A stretch of 22,341 nt of DNA from an uncultured Anaerolineales bacterium (lineage in GTDB: Bacteria > Chloroflexota > Anaerolineae > Anaerolineales > Villigracilaceae): the NCBI GenBank assembly GCA_903829085.1, contig CAIKOL010000300.1:1-22341 (forward strand), read 5' to 3'. Under the pieces are notes generated by a model. The model worked only from the letters and a program-made list of their open reading frames with translations, did not search any database and was not told where the DNA came from. Shown piece after piece: positions 7,150 to 15,012 of this stretch (positions are counted from its first letter, which is position 1; the number at the start of each line of letters is the position of its first letter). The translations under genes and the position numbers were made by a program.

Positions 7150-8598
7150 TTATTGTCTCTTTGCTTCCTGCCACAACGCTTCCATCTCATCAATGGACAT
7201 ATCCGAAAGTTTTCGGCCTTGTTTTTTCGCTCCCTGTTCCACATAAGCGAATCGCTTTTTGAAACGCATGCTGGTCCCCCGCAAAGCAGCCTCGGCATCC
7301 ACCTTCTTCCAGCGCGCCAGGTTCACCAGCGCAAAGAACAGGTCACCCATTTCGGCGATCAGTTCCTCCTGGTTGGTCACCTCCCGTACTTCCTGGATCT
7401 CTTCATTGATTTTATCCAGGACACCGCTGACTTCCTTCCAGTCAAACCCGACCCGCGCGGCCCGATCCTGGTATTCCTGCGCCTGTGAGAGCGCCGGGAG
7501 TGCCAGGGGAACACCGTCCAGCAGGCCTTTTTCCGGCTCGTGGCTGTTGGAGCGTTCCACCGCCTTGAGCTTTTCCCAGTTCGTCAAAACCCCCTGAACA
7601 CCGTCCAGCTTTACATCCCCAAAGACGTGGGGATGACGACGAATGATCTTGTCATAAATACCTTTGAGCACATCCGCCATGGTGAAATCACCGTCTTCAC
7701 CAGCGATTTGCGCATTCAAGACGATTTGCAGTAGCAGGTCGCCAAATTCCTCAGCCATTTCCGCCGGGTTGCCGGAATCCATCGCCGCCAGTACTTCGTA
7801 AGCTTCCCCCATCAAATGGTTGCGTAGAGACTCGTGCGTCTGCTCGCGGTCCCAGGGACAGCCATCCGGGGCACGCAGGTGTGCCACGATCTCCTGGAAA
7901 GCTTCCAGGGATGTCCCCTCCCCCAGTGGAGGGACATACAACACGGTCAACAAACCGATGTGCTCGGAACGGTCGATCTCGTAAAGCTGGAGATCTTCAA
8001 CGATCTCATTTTCCGTCCCGGCGGAATGCACCAGGCGCACCGGGTGTTCATCCGGGTAGACAGTATTGAGTGTCATTTTGACTTCGGCAGCCACCAGCCT
8101 GGAATACACCTGTGCCACCAACACCGGCATGTCCGGAGGAAAGGCCGGAACATGCGCCTGGCTCAATTCCATGGCGTCCATCAGGAACAGGTGCGGGTAC
8201 GGGTCAAGGCCCAGAGCGGCAAAAACCGGTTCAAGGAAGGAGAGACCGCTTACAATTCTCAACGGCAAGCCTAAGGCGCGGGCTCGCTGCGCGATCTCAG
8301 GGCAGGTGGCCTCGGCTACAAAAGGGTCGCCCGGTACGGCATAAACCACACCCTGAGGGGATTTCCCCAGTTCCAGCACTTTTTCCACAATGGCAGAATA
8401 CACTTCCTCGAAGGAATCACCAGTTTCATAGATTTCATCGAAGGAATGGATTTCAAGGCCAGGTGGAAGGCTTGCAACAGTGGGATGCTGATTCGTACGC
8501 AGCCAGACCTGACCGGTAGAAGCAAGCACTTCCCAGGCTTCGCGAGTCAACTTGGCGGGGTCACCAGGGCCGAGACCGAGCAGGGTAATTCCAGGCAT
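7150..8598 (-). CDS. mazG: Tetrapyrrole-methylase-like domain fused to tandem MazG NTP-pyrophosphohydrolase domains (YabN/MazG family)
   Basis: The N-terminus MPGITLLGLGPGDPAKLT is a TP-methylase-type GxGPG motif. Two MazG repeats follow: CPWDREQTHESL...EEFGDLLLQIV and GFDWKEV...EMGDLFFALVNLARW. AAGGAG lies upstream of ATG 8598. Confidence 0.9.
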   Translation of the reverse strand: MPGITLLGLGPGDPAKLTREAWEVLASTGQVWLRTNQHPTVASLPPGLEIHSFDEIYETGDSFEEVYSAIVEKVLELGKSPQGVVYAVPGDPFVAEATCPEIAQRARALGLPLRIVSGLSFLEPVFAALGLDPYPHLFLMDAMELSQAHVPAFPPDMPVLVAQVYSRLVAAEVKMTLNTVYPDEHPVRLVHSAGTENEIVEDLQLYEIDRSEHIGLLTVLYVPPLGEGTSLEAFQEIVAHLRAPDGCPWDREQTHESLRNHLMGEAYEVLAAMDSGNPAEMAEEFGDLLLQIVLNAQIAGEDGDFTMADVLKGIYDKIIRRHPHVFGDVKLDGVQGVLTNWEKLKAVERSNSHEPEKGLLDGVPLALPALSQAQEYQDRAARVGFDWKEVSGVLDKINEEIQEVREVTNQEELIAEMGDLFFALVNLARWKKVDAEAALRGTSMRFKKRFAYVEQGAKKQGRKLSDMSIDEMEALWQEAKRQ

Positions 8599-8609
8599 AC
8601 GGACTCCTT

Positions 8610-8664
8610 AAAAAGGAAAACGTAATGCGTGACCGCAGTGGATTGCCACGGCACACGCATTACG
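8610..8664 (-). terminator. Intrinsic terminator after rpsI
   Basis: The 11-bp stem CGTAATGCGTG (8621..8631) / CACGCATTACG (8654..8664) has a structured 22-nt loop. On the minus strand it is followed by TTTTCCTTTTT (8620..8610). Confidence 0.7.
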
Positions 8665-8697
8665 GTGAGGTTGAATTCAGGTACAACGCGCGAGCGA

Positions 8698-9093
8698 TTA
8701 ACGCTTGGTGTAGGTCGGGGCCTTGCGGGCGCGCTTGAGACCGGGTTTCTTGCGTTCCTTGACGCGGGCATCGCGGGTCAGAAAGCCACCTTTGCGCATG
8801 GCGGGTACGTTCTCTGGATTCATCTTAACCAGGGCACGCGCCAGGCCAAGTTGAACAGAGTCGGTCTGACCAGTCACACCGCCACCGCTGACAACCACGG
8901 TGATATCATAAATATTGGGTTCCTGACCGGCAGCCTTCATCGGAGCCAGAATGGCATCCATGTCACCCAGGCGGGTGAAGAAAGCCGGGGCATCCTTCTC
9001 GTTGACAATGAAGCGGCCCGAACCTGCCATGATCCGTACACGGGCGATGCTTTGCTTACGGCGTCCAACGCCTTCATAATATTGCACAGACAT
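8698..9093 (-). CDS. rpsI: 30S ribosomal protein S9
   Basis: MSVQYYEGVGRRKQSIARVR...KKPGLKRARKAPTYTKR is a typical S9 sequence. Confidence 0.97.
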   Translation of the reverse strand: MSVQYYEGVGRRKQSIARVRIMAGSGRFIVNEKDAPAFFTRLGDMDAILAPMKAAGQEPNIYDITVVVSGGGVTGQTDSVQLGLARALVKMNPENVPAMRKGGFLTRDARVKERKKPGLKRARKAPTYTKR

Positions 9094-9105
9094 ATTCCTG
9101 CTCCT

Positions 9106-9546
9106 TTACGCAACCAACTTCGGATTCTGAGCGCCGTGCGAATGCTCCGCACCACCGTAGATCTTGAGCCGCGTGATAAGGTGACGGCCCATCTTGTTGT
9201 GCGGCAACATGCCCCACACCGCAGCACGGATGACGCGGTCGGGATGTGTGCTCAACTGGTCGCGCAGGCTGATCGTTTTCAAGCCACCGGGATAGCCAGA
9301 GTGGTGATGGTAAAATTTTTCGGTCAGTTTGGTATGGGTGCGGGTGCCAGTGACGGTAATGTTTTGAGCGTTAATGACAATCACAAAATCGCCCATTTCA
9401 ACGCCGGGGGTAAAGGTCGGCTTGTGTTTGCCAAGCAGCAGCGCAGCCAGCTTGGTCGCCAGGCGACCCAGGGTTTCACCGTTGGCATCCACCAGCAACC
9501 ACTGGCGGTCAATCTCAGCAGCCTTGGGGTAGTAAGATTTGTACAC
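9106..9546 (-). CDS. rplM: 50S ribosomal protein L13
   Basis: (V)YKSYYPKAAEIDRQWLLVDANGETLGRLAT... The GTG at 9546 has GGAGAG 6 nt upstream. The 27-codon N-terminal extension in the track ORF covers the structured leader and is not L13-like. Confidence 0.93.
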   Translation of the reverse strand: MYKSYYPKAAEIDRQWLLVDANGETLGRLATKLAALLLGKHKPTFTPGVEMGDFVIVINAQNITVTGTRTHTKLTEKFYHHHSGYPGGLKTISLRDQLSTHPDRVIRAAVWGMLPHNKMGRHLITRLKIYGGAEHSHGAQNPKLVA

Positions 9547-9569
9547 TTTTGTCTCTCCAATTTCATTAT

Positions 9570-9619
9570 GGAATGCGGAAGCTTGCTTCCGCCTCCGCGA
9601 CGGCAAGCCGTCGCATTCC
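9570..9619 (-). promoter_or_regulatory. Structured RNA element in the truA-rplM spacer, a candidate rplM-rpsI leader
   Basis: RNA sense: GGAAUGC-GACGG(CUUG)CCGUC-GCGGAGGC-GGAAG(CAAG)CUUCC-GCAUUCC. A 7-bp closing helix encloses two 5-bp GC-rich tetraloop hairpins. No U-tract follows, and it ends 23 nt before the rplM GTG. Confidence 0.45.
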
Positions 9620-9630
9620 AAAATCATAAT

Positions 9631-10398
9631 TCAAACCAGATTATCGTATCGAACTTCGACGAGCGTCAGACCACTTGCCGGGGCAAGGCTGGCAGGGATC
9701 TGCGGTTCATTCCGGGTCTCCCGGGCTGAACCTGAACCGGTTTCAAGCGCCCGGATCAATGTTTCTGCCGGGAGTCTGCCCTGGCCAACCGCCACCTGGA
9801 CATACACCAGCCTGCGTACCATGCGGTACAGGAAGGCATCGGCCTGGATCTCAAAGATCCATTCATCACCACGCTTCTGCCACTCAGAGGCAAGTACGCA
9901 TCGTACCGTGCTACCTTCAGGCTTTAGCGGAGTCCCAAAAGCGGCGAAATCATGCCTGCCGGGCCAGATCGCAGCCAGGGGGGTCAGGTCGGTCACTGCG
10001 GGCCAGACTCGCCAGGTGTAGCGTTCCCGTAACGGGTCGCGTACACCATCGCAAAACAGCCGGTAGCGGTAGCGACGCGAACTGGCATCAAAGCGTGGGT
10101 GGAATGCATCCGCTGCCACTTTGATTTCCCGAACAGCCATATCGTGGGGAAGATGGGTGTTCAGGGCCTTGTGCAGGGCTTCCGGAGCGTGCCTCCAATC
10201 GAAGTCAAAGGCTGCCACCTGTCCACTGGCATGGGTTCCGGTATCCGTGCGCCCAGCCAGGGTGACGGTACGCCCTTCCCATCCGAGTTTACGCAGGGCT
10301 CTTTCGAGCTCGCCCTGAACCGTACGGGAGTCTGCCTGCCGCTGGCTGCCCAGAAAGTGGGTGCCGTCGTAAGCAAGGATAATCTGGTAACGAGCCAT
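9631..10398 (-). CDS. truA: tRNA pseudouridine(38-40) synthase TruA
   Basis: MARYQIILAYDGTHFLGSQRQ...LAGRTDTGTHASGQV contains the catalytic GRTDxGVHA-type motif. Confidence 0.93.
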   Translation of the reverse strand: MARYQIILAYDGTHFLGSQRQADSRTVQGELERALRKLGWEGRTVTLAGRTDTGTHASGQVAAFDFDWRHAPEALHKALNTHLPHDMAVREIKVAADAFHPRFDASSRRYRYRLFCDGVRDPLRERYTWRVWPAVTDLTPLAAIWPGRHDFAAFGTPLKPEGSTVRCVLASEWQKRGDEWIFEIQADAFLYRMVRRLVYVQVAVGQGRLPAETLIRALETGSGSARETRNEPQIPASLAPASGLTLVEVRYDNLV

Positions 10399-10405
10399 TT
10401 TTGAG

Positions 10406-10436
10406 AAAATAGAGATTAGAGATTAGTCTCTTCTCT
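10406..10436 (-). terminator. Weak purine/pyrimidine hairpin plus U-run between rplQ and truA
   Basis: RNA AGAGAGAAGAGA-CUAA-UCUCUAAUCUCU forms 5+5 bp with an AA bulge, followed by AUUUUCUC. It is low-complexity and has low predicted stability. Confidence 0.25.
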
Positions 10437-10447
10437 CTACTCTCGAA

Positions 10448-10831
10448 TTACTCTTCAACAAGTTCGAGAAGAGCCATCTCCGCTTTATCGCCAAAGCGAG
10501 GGCCGAGCTTGAGTACACGGGTATAGCCACCGTTGCGTTCGGCAAAGCGCGGGGCAATTTCATCGAACAGTTTCTTGACGATGTCATTGCTGTTGCCGCC
10601 CAGCTTGGCAACGATCAGGCGGCGCGCCGCTACTTTTTCGTCGTCAGTGGCATCTTTAACTTTCTTGGCAACAGTGATCATTTTTTCTGCTTCGCCGCGG
10701 ATCGCAGCCGCCTTGGTTACGGTGGTGCGGATACGCTCGTTTGCAAAGAATTGCTTGATCAGATTACGGCGCAAAGCGATGCGCGCGCCCTTGGTACGAT
10801 TGAGTTTATAACCAGCTACTTGGTGTCGCAT
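10448..10831 (-). CDS. rplQ: 50S ribosomal protein L17
   Basis: MRHQVAGYKLNRTKGARIALRRNL... is a typical L17 sequence. Confidence 0.97.
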   Translation of the reverse strand: MRHQVAGYKLNRTKGARIALRRNLIKQFFANERIRTTVTKAAAIRGEAEKMITVAKKVKDATDDEKVAARRLIVAKLGGNSNDIVKKLFDEIAPRFAERNGGYTRVLKLGPRFGDKAEMALLELVEE

Positions 10832-10838
10832 TGTTCAA

Positions 10839-11804
10839 TTACTCCGACTCTTTCTTGGGTTCGTCTTTCAAATAACCCTTCTCACGCATCTTGATGCGCA
10901 GTTCTTCGAGGCTCTTTTCACCAAAATTGCGGATGGACATGACAGCCTGGTCACCCTTTTCGAGCAGTTCCAGCACATCGCCGACGGTGATGATACCGGT
11001 TCGCTTGAGCGAGTTGAAGACACGCACCGAGAGATCAAGGGATTCGACCGGGGTCTCGGCTACTTCGCTGGTCAGGTGCGAACCAGACACTTCCTTTTCC
11101 AACGCAATGGAAAGAGTCTCTTCGCTGATTCCAGCAACATAGCGCAGGTGGTCGATCAGGATCTTGGCCGATGTGCTCAGGGCGGTTTCCGGCGGAATGG
11201 CACCATCCGTCCAGATTTCAAGGATCAATTTATCGTAATTGGTGCTCTGTCCAACGCGCGCCGATTGTACTTCCCAGTTGATCCGTTTTACCGGCCCGAA
11301 AATGGCATCCACCGGCAGTTCACCGATGGGCATCCGGCCGCGCTCATTGGAAGGAGCATACCCGCGCCCGCGCTCGACCGTGAATTCGATATCCAGGCGG
11401 GCCTTGGCGCTATCGGCGGTGAATAGATAAAGATCAGGGTTGATGATCTTGATCTCCGGCGGAGCAATAATATCCGCAGCAGTTACCACGCCTTCGCCCC
11501 GTACTTCCAGGTGCATACGGGTGGAATCCACACCTTCCATGATCAAGCGCAGTTGCTTGACCTGCAGCATGACCTGGAGAACATCCTCGCGCACGCCCGG
11601 AATGTCGCTGAACTCGTGCAGCACATCCACGATTCGGATGGATGTCACTGCTGCGCCTTCAAGTGACGAGAGCAGCACACGCCTCAGGGCGTTGCCCAAT
11701 GTCACGCCATAGCCATGTTCCAACGGGCTGATGACAAATTTGCCATAGTTCCGAGCTTCGGCTTCGCGCTCGATCTTCGGCATTACCATGTTTGTGATAC
11801 TCAC
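10839..11804 (-). CDS. rpoA: DNA-directed RNA polymerase subunit alpha
   Basis: ...PKIEREAEARNYGKFVISPLEHGYGVTLGNALRRVLLSSL... is typical RpoA. The start is GTG 11804, with GAGAGGG 4 nt upstream. ATG 11789 is an alternative start. Confidence 0.95.
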   Translation of the reverse strand: MSITNMVMPKIEREAEARNYGKFVISPLEHGYGVTLGNALRRVLLSSLEGAAVTSIRIVDVLHEFSDIPGVREDVLQVMLQVKQLRLIMEGVDSTRMHLEVRGEGVVTAADIIAPPEIKIINPDLYLFTADSAKARLDIEFTVERGRGYAPSNERGRMPIGELPVDAIFGPVKRINWEVQSARVGQSTNYDKLILEIWTDGAIPPETALSTSAKILIDHLRYVAGISEETLSIALEKEVSGSHLTSEVAETPVESLDLSVRVFNSLKRTGIITVGDVLELLEKGDQAVMSIRNFGEKSLEELRIKMREKGYLKDEPKKESE

Positions 11805-11861
11805 GGTACCCTCTCATCGGCGTACAAAACGGCACGCCGCGTCTAAAACAGTGGACCAGGA

Positions 11862-12521
11862 TTAGCGCGAGTAATACTCGACGATCAACTGCTCGTTCAG
11901 GTTGCCGTCAATCTCGGAACGCTCTGGCATGCGCATCACGTTGCCTGAAAGCGTCTTTATATCCCGACTTAACCAGACCGGAGCATTGCGCGTTTCAGCC
12001 AGGGCAGCCAAATCTTTAAAGTATGTGGCATCCATGGAGCCTGGGCGCACTGCCAGCACATCTCCCACACCCAAATTCATGGAGGGAACGTCTGTGCGGC
12101 GGCCATTGACAGTAAAATGGCCATGCGTGACCAGCAGTCGGGCCTGAGCACGGCTTGAAGCAAAACCAAGCCGAAAAACGACATTGTCCAGGCGGGATTC
12201 CAGGGTTTGCAGCAACATCAGACCTGTGATACCGTGCGTCCGCAAAGCGGTCGCATAGTAGCGGCGGAACTGGCGCTCAAAAACGCCATAGATGCGCCGG
12301 GCCTTCTGTTTGGCACGTAACTGCTTGGCGTAATCGGATTCACGCCCGGTTCCGCCTCGTCCGCCACGGCTGCCGCGGCTACCGGTGGGACCATGCTGAC
12401 CCGGAACAAAGCTGCGGCGTTCAAAAGCACACTTGGGAGTAAAGCAACGCTCTCCCTTGAGGAATAATTTTTCACCTTCACGCCGGCACAGTTTACAGGC
12501 CGGTCCAGTATATTTCGCCAT
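11862..12521 (-). CDS. rpsD: 30S ribosomal protein S4 (Zn-finger type)
   Basis: [31 protein letters not shown]...[12 protein letters not shown]... is typical S4. Confidence 0.97.
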   Translation of the reverse strand: MAKYTGPACKLCRREGEKLFLKGERCFTPKCAFERRSFVPGQHGPTGSRGSRGGRGGTGRESDYAKQLRAKQKARRIYGVFERQFRRYYATALRTHGITGLMLLQTLESRLDNVVFRLGFASSRAQARLLVTHGHFTVNGRRTDVPSMNLGVGDVLAVRPGSMDATYFKDLAALAETRNAPVWLSRDIKTLSGNVMRMPERSEIDGNLNEQLIVEYYSR

Positions 12522-12545
12522 ACTTACAAACCTCTCTCACCAAAA

Positions 12546-12950
12546 CTAGACGCGACGCTTCTTTGGAGGCCGGCAACCATTGTGCGGCACCGGGGTAATG
12601 TCCGCGATCGACTTGACTTTGAGTCCCATCGCCTGAACTGCACGAATGGCATTCTCGCGACCAGGGCCAGGTCCAGTGACGATCACATCCACTTCCTGAA
12701 CACCCATTGCCTGGGCAGCCTTGATGGCCTGCTCAGCCGCCAGGCGGGCAGCGAAAGGCGTGCTCTTGCGCGAGCCTTTGAAGCCCACCGAGCCAGCACT
12801 CCCCCAGCACAAGGTATTGCCGTCGGGATCGGTCACGGTCACGATCGTGTTGTTGAACGATGCGAAGACATGCACCTGTCCAGAAGACAGCGTGCGCTTT
12901 CCTTTTTTGGCGCCGCTCGAGCGACGCGCTGAACGTACAGTCTGAGCCAT
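12546..12950 (-). CDS. rpsK: 30S ribosomal protein S11
   Basis: ...[43 protein letters not shown]... is typical S11. Confidence 0.97.
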   Translation of the reverse strand: MAQTVRSARRSSGAKKGKRTLSSGQVHVFASFNNTIVTVTDPDGNTLCWGSAGSVGFKGSRKSTPFAARLAAEQAIKAAQAMGVQEVDVIVTGPGPGRENAIRAVQAMGLKVKSIADITPVPHNGCRPPKKRRV

Positions 12951-12980
12951 AATACCTCTCTGATTCCTGTTTCCGAATTA

Positions 12981-13364
12981 CTACTTACCGCCCTTGCGGC
13001 GGCCGCGCCCGGCAACTGTCTTCTTGATACCCTTACGGGTGCGGGCATTGGTGCGGGTACGCTGGCCATGGACTGGCAGGTTGCGGCGGTGGCGCAGGCC
13101 GCGGTAGCAGCCAATTTCAACCAGGCGCTTGATATTTAGCTGTTCCTGGCGGCGCAGATCACCTTCGACCTTCCAGTTCTTGTTAATATAATCGCGGATG
13201 GCCGCAACTTCGGATTCGGTCAGGTCTTTGACACGCGTATCCGGGGATATTTTGGTCGCAGCGAGAATCTCGCGCGAACGCGCAGGACCAATACCGAACA
13301 GGTAATTCAAGCCCACTTCGACGCGCTTATTGCGCGGCAGGTCAACACCTTCAATTCTTGCCAT
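12981..13364 (-). CDS. rpsM: 30S ribosomal protein S13
   Basis: [34 protein letters not shown]... is typical S13. Confidence 0.97.
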   Translation of the reverse strand: MARIEGVDLPRNKRVEVGLNYLFGIGPARSREILAATKISPDTRVKDLTESEVAAIRDYINKNWKVEGDLRRQEQLNIKRLVEIGCYRGLRHRRNLPVHGQRTRTNARTRKGIKKTVAGRGRRKGGK

Positions 13365-13375
13365 ATATCCTTATC

Positions 13376-13489
13376 CTATCCTTGACGCTGTTTATGCTTC
13401 GGATTTTCGCAGATGATGAACAATCTGCCTTTGCGCTTGACAATCTTGCACTTCGCACAGCGCTTGCGAATGGAGGGGCTTACTTTCAT
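13376..13489 (-). CDS. rpmJ: 50S ribosomal protein L36
   Basis: It is not in the ORF track because it is only 37 aa. Hand translation gives [43 protein letters not shown] lies upstream of ATG 13489. Confidence 0.93.
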   Translation of the reverse strand: MKVSPSIRKRCAKCKIVKRKGRLFIICENPKHKQRQG

Positions 13490-13531
13490 GATTTCTTTCT
13501 CCTTACTTAAGGTAGTACAGGCAAACGTTGA

Positions 13532-13560
13532 ATTATACTTGTTCTAGTCGTATCCGTCCA
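13532..13560 (-). promoter_or_regulatory. Candidate internal promoter for rpmJ-rpsM-rpsK-rpsD-rpoA-rplQ
   Basis: On the minus strand, TGGACG (13560..13555), a 17-nt spacer and a perfect TATAAT (13537..13532), in the 94-nt map-rpmJ spacer. Confidence 0.4.
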
Positions 13561-13583
13561 GTTGCAGGATGTCTCGTAAAAGA

Positions 13584-14351
13584 TCACAGGACCGTCAGGA
13601 CGAGAGGGTCGCCTTCCGTGACTGCCACCGAATGTTCCTGGTGAGCCGTCAAGGACCCATCAGCAGAGACAACCGTCCACTGGTTGGACAGGACCCGGGT
13701 GCGGTGCGTACCGACGAGAACCATCGGTTCGAGGGCGATCGTCATACCGGGTCGCAACTCGACCCCGGTGCCTGGAGTGCCATAGTTCGGCACCTGTGGC
13801 CCCTCGTGCATCTTCCGGCCAACGCCGTGTCCGGTATATTCACGGACGACATGAAATCCCTGCGCCTCCACATACTGCTGGATGGCAGCAGAGACATCGC
13901 CCGTTTTATTCCCAGCGCGCATCATGGCGATGCCAACAGCCAGCGCCTGCTCGGTGACTGCGATCAGCTTCTTGGCCAGCGGGGAGATCTCCCCTACTCC
14001 AGCCGTAAAAGCCGAGTCACCCACGAAACCTTCCAGAACCGTCCCGCAATCCACGGAGACAATATCGCCTTCCTGGAGTTTACGATGACCAGGGATGCCG
14101 TGCACCAACTGCTCGTTGAGGCTGACGCAGATGGAAGCGGGGAAAGGAGGCCGACCATAGTTCTTGAAAGGAGAGTAAGCGCCATGCTTCCGCAGAATTT
14201 CCTCAGCAGCCGCGTTGAGGTCTGCGGTGGTAACGCCGGGTTGTAAAAGTTCTCGAACGGCCGCCAACGCTTCGGCGTTGACGCGCCCAGCTTCACGCAT
14301 CAGAGCGATTTCAGCTGCATTTTTCAGACTGATATCCCGGTCCCAGCTCAT
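13584..14351 (-). CDS. map: Type I methionine aminopeptidase
   Basis: ...VSVDCGTVLEGFVGDSAFT...YTGHGVGRKMHEGPQVPNYG...IALEPMV... shows the metal-binding D/D/H/E/E pattern. Confidence 0.95.
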   Translation of the reverse strand: MSWDRDISLKNAAEIALMREAGRVNAEALAAVRELLQPGVTTADLNAAAEEILRKHGAYSPFKNYGRPPFPASICVSLNEQLVHGIPGHRKLQEGDIVSVDCGTVLEGFVGDSAFTAGVGEISPLAKKLIAVTEQALAVGIAMMRAGNKTGDVSAAIQQYVEAQGFHVVREYTGHGVGRKMHEGPQVPNYGTPGTGVELRPGMTIALEPMVLVGTHRTRVLSNQWTVVSADGSLTAHQEHSVAVTEGDPLVLTVL

Positions 14352-15004
14352 TCTGGTTTCCTGAGCACTGCCAATAGATCGGCAGTCACTTTTTCGATTG
14401 GCTGGGCACCGTCAATTTCAGAAAGTAGACCGCGTTCACGATAATAAGCGATCAAGGGCTCAGTCTGAGCAAAATAAACCTGGATGCGCCGTATGACCGT
14501 TTCGGCGCGGTCGTCATCGCGTTGGTAAAGCTGCGAACCATCAAAGTCGCACAGGCCGCTTTTTTGCGGCGGGTTGTGCTTCTCGTGGAAGATGTGACCC
14601 TGCGCTCTACACGTCCAGCGTCCACTCAGGCGCTCGATCAGCGTACTCTCGGAGGCGCTGATATATGGCACGTAATTCACCTTGCCACCGAACTCGGCCA
14701 ACAGGTTCGCCAGGGAATCCGCCTGTACTGTCGTGCGTGGAAAACCATCCAACAGGGCCCCTGCTTTGCAGTCCGGGCGGGAAAGCCGGTCACGGATCAT
14801 GCGGATGGTCACATCATCTGGCACCAGTTCCCCTTTGTTCATGAAGGATTGGGCCAGTTTGCCAAGCTCGGTTTCGTTCTTAATGTTCTCCCGGAAAAGG
14901 TCACCCGAAGAAACGTGTGGCAGGCCGGTGGTCTCGGCGATAAGTTCCGCCTGAGTACCTTTGCCAACTCCGGGAGGGCCAAGAAGAACGATGTAAGTGG
15001 GCAT
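14348..15004 (-). CDS. adk: Adenylate kinase
   Basis: It has the P-loop LLGPPGVGKGTQAE and a LID segment with RDDD. Its stop overlaps the map start (ATGA). Confidence 0.96.
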   Translation of the reverse strand: MPTYIVLLGPPGVGKGTQAELIAETTGLPHVSSGDLFRENIKNETELGKLAQSFMNKGELVPDDVTIRMIRDRLSRPDCKAGALLDGFPRTTVQADSLANLLAEFGGKVNYVPYISASESTLIERLSGRWTCRAQGHIFHEKHNPPQKSGLCDFDGSQLYQRDDDRAETVIRRIQVYFAQTEPLIAYYRERGLLSEIDGAQPIEKVTADLLAVLRKPE

Positions 15005-15012
15005 GCCTGAAC

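Noticed and set aside
9547-9627. N-terminal extensions of track ORFs: rplM to 9627, rpmD to 17174, rplX to 20113, rpsC to 22190, antitoxin to 7055, nrdR to 4872, rpsE to 17607, and the membrane protein from 5183.
   Set aside because: The extended parts are not homologous to the protein families, lack an SD, and overlap upstream genes, promoters or structured RNA. In every case an internal start with a good SD gives the canonical N-terminus.
8629-9729. A 366-aa plus-strand ORF, the longest unexplained ORF in the track.
   Set aside because: It lies entirely antisense to rpsI, rplM and the truA end, which are unmistakable conserved genes. Its sequence is low-complexity and Arg/Gly/Ala-rich, typical of antisense frames in GC-rich coding DNA. 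It has no SD.
10411-10426. A 7-mer tandem repeat (AGAGATT x 2.3) and a polypyrimidine run between rplQ and truA.
   Set aside because: It is too short and low-complexity to call a repeat element. It is probably just part of a weak hairpin in the spacer.
12339-12389. A Gly/Arg-rich insertion of about 11 aa ([17 protein letters not shown]) in S4 relative to E. coli S4.
   Set aside because: It is in a loop that varies between lineages, and there is no evidence of functional novelty from sequence alone.
13569-14246. A 225-aa plus-strand ORF. Similar antisense ORFs occur at 14522..15010, 19625..20122, 17105..17587 and 18200..18688.
   Set aside because: All lie antisense to strongly conserved genes (map, adk, rplX/rplN, rpsE, rplF/rpsH). 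I saw no recognisable motifs or ribosome-binding sites.
14540-14611. The adenylate kinase LID has Cys-x2-Gln ... Cys-x2-Asp instead of a full four-ligand Zn site.
   Set aside because: It falls within the known continuum between Zn-binding and Zn-free LID variants. It is an ordinary lineage difference.
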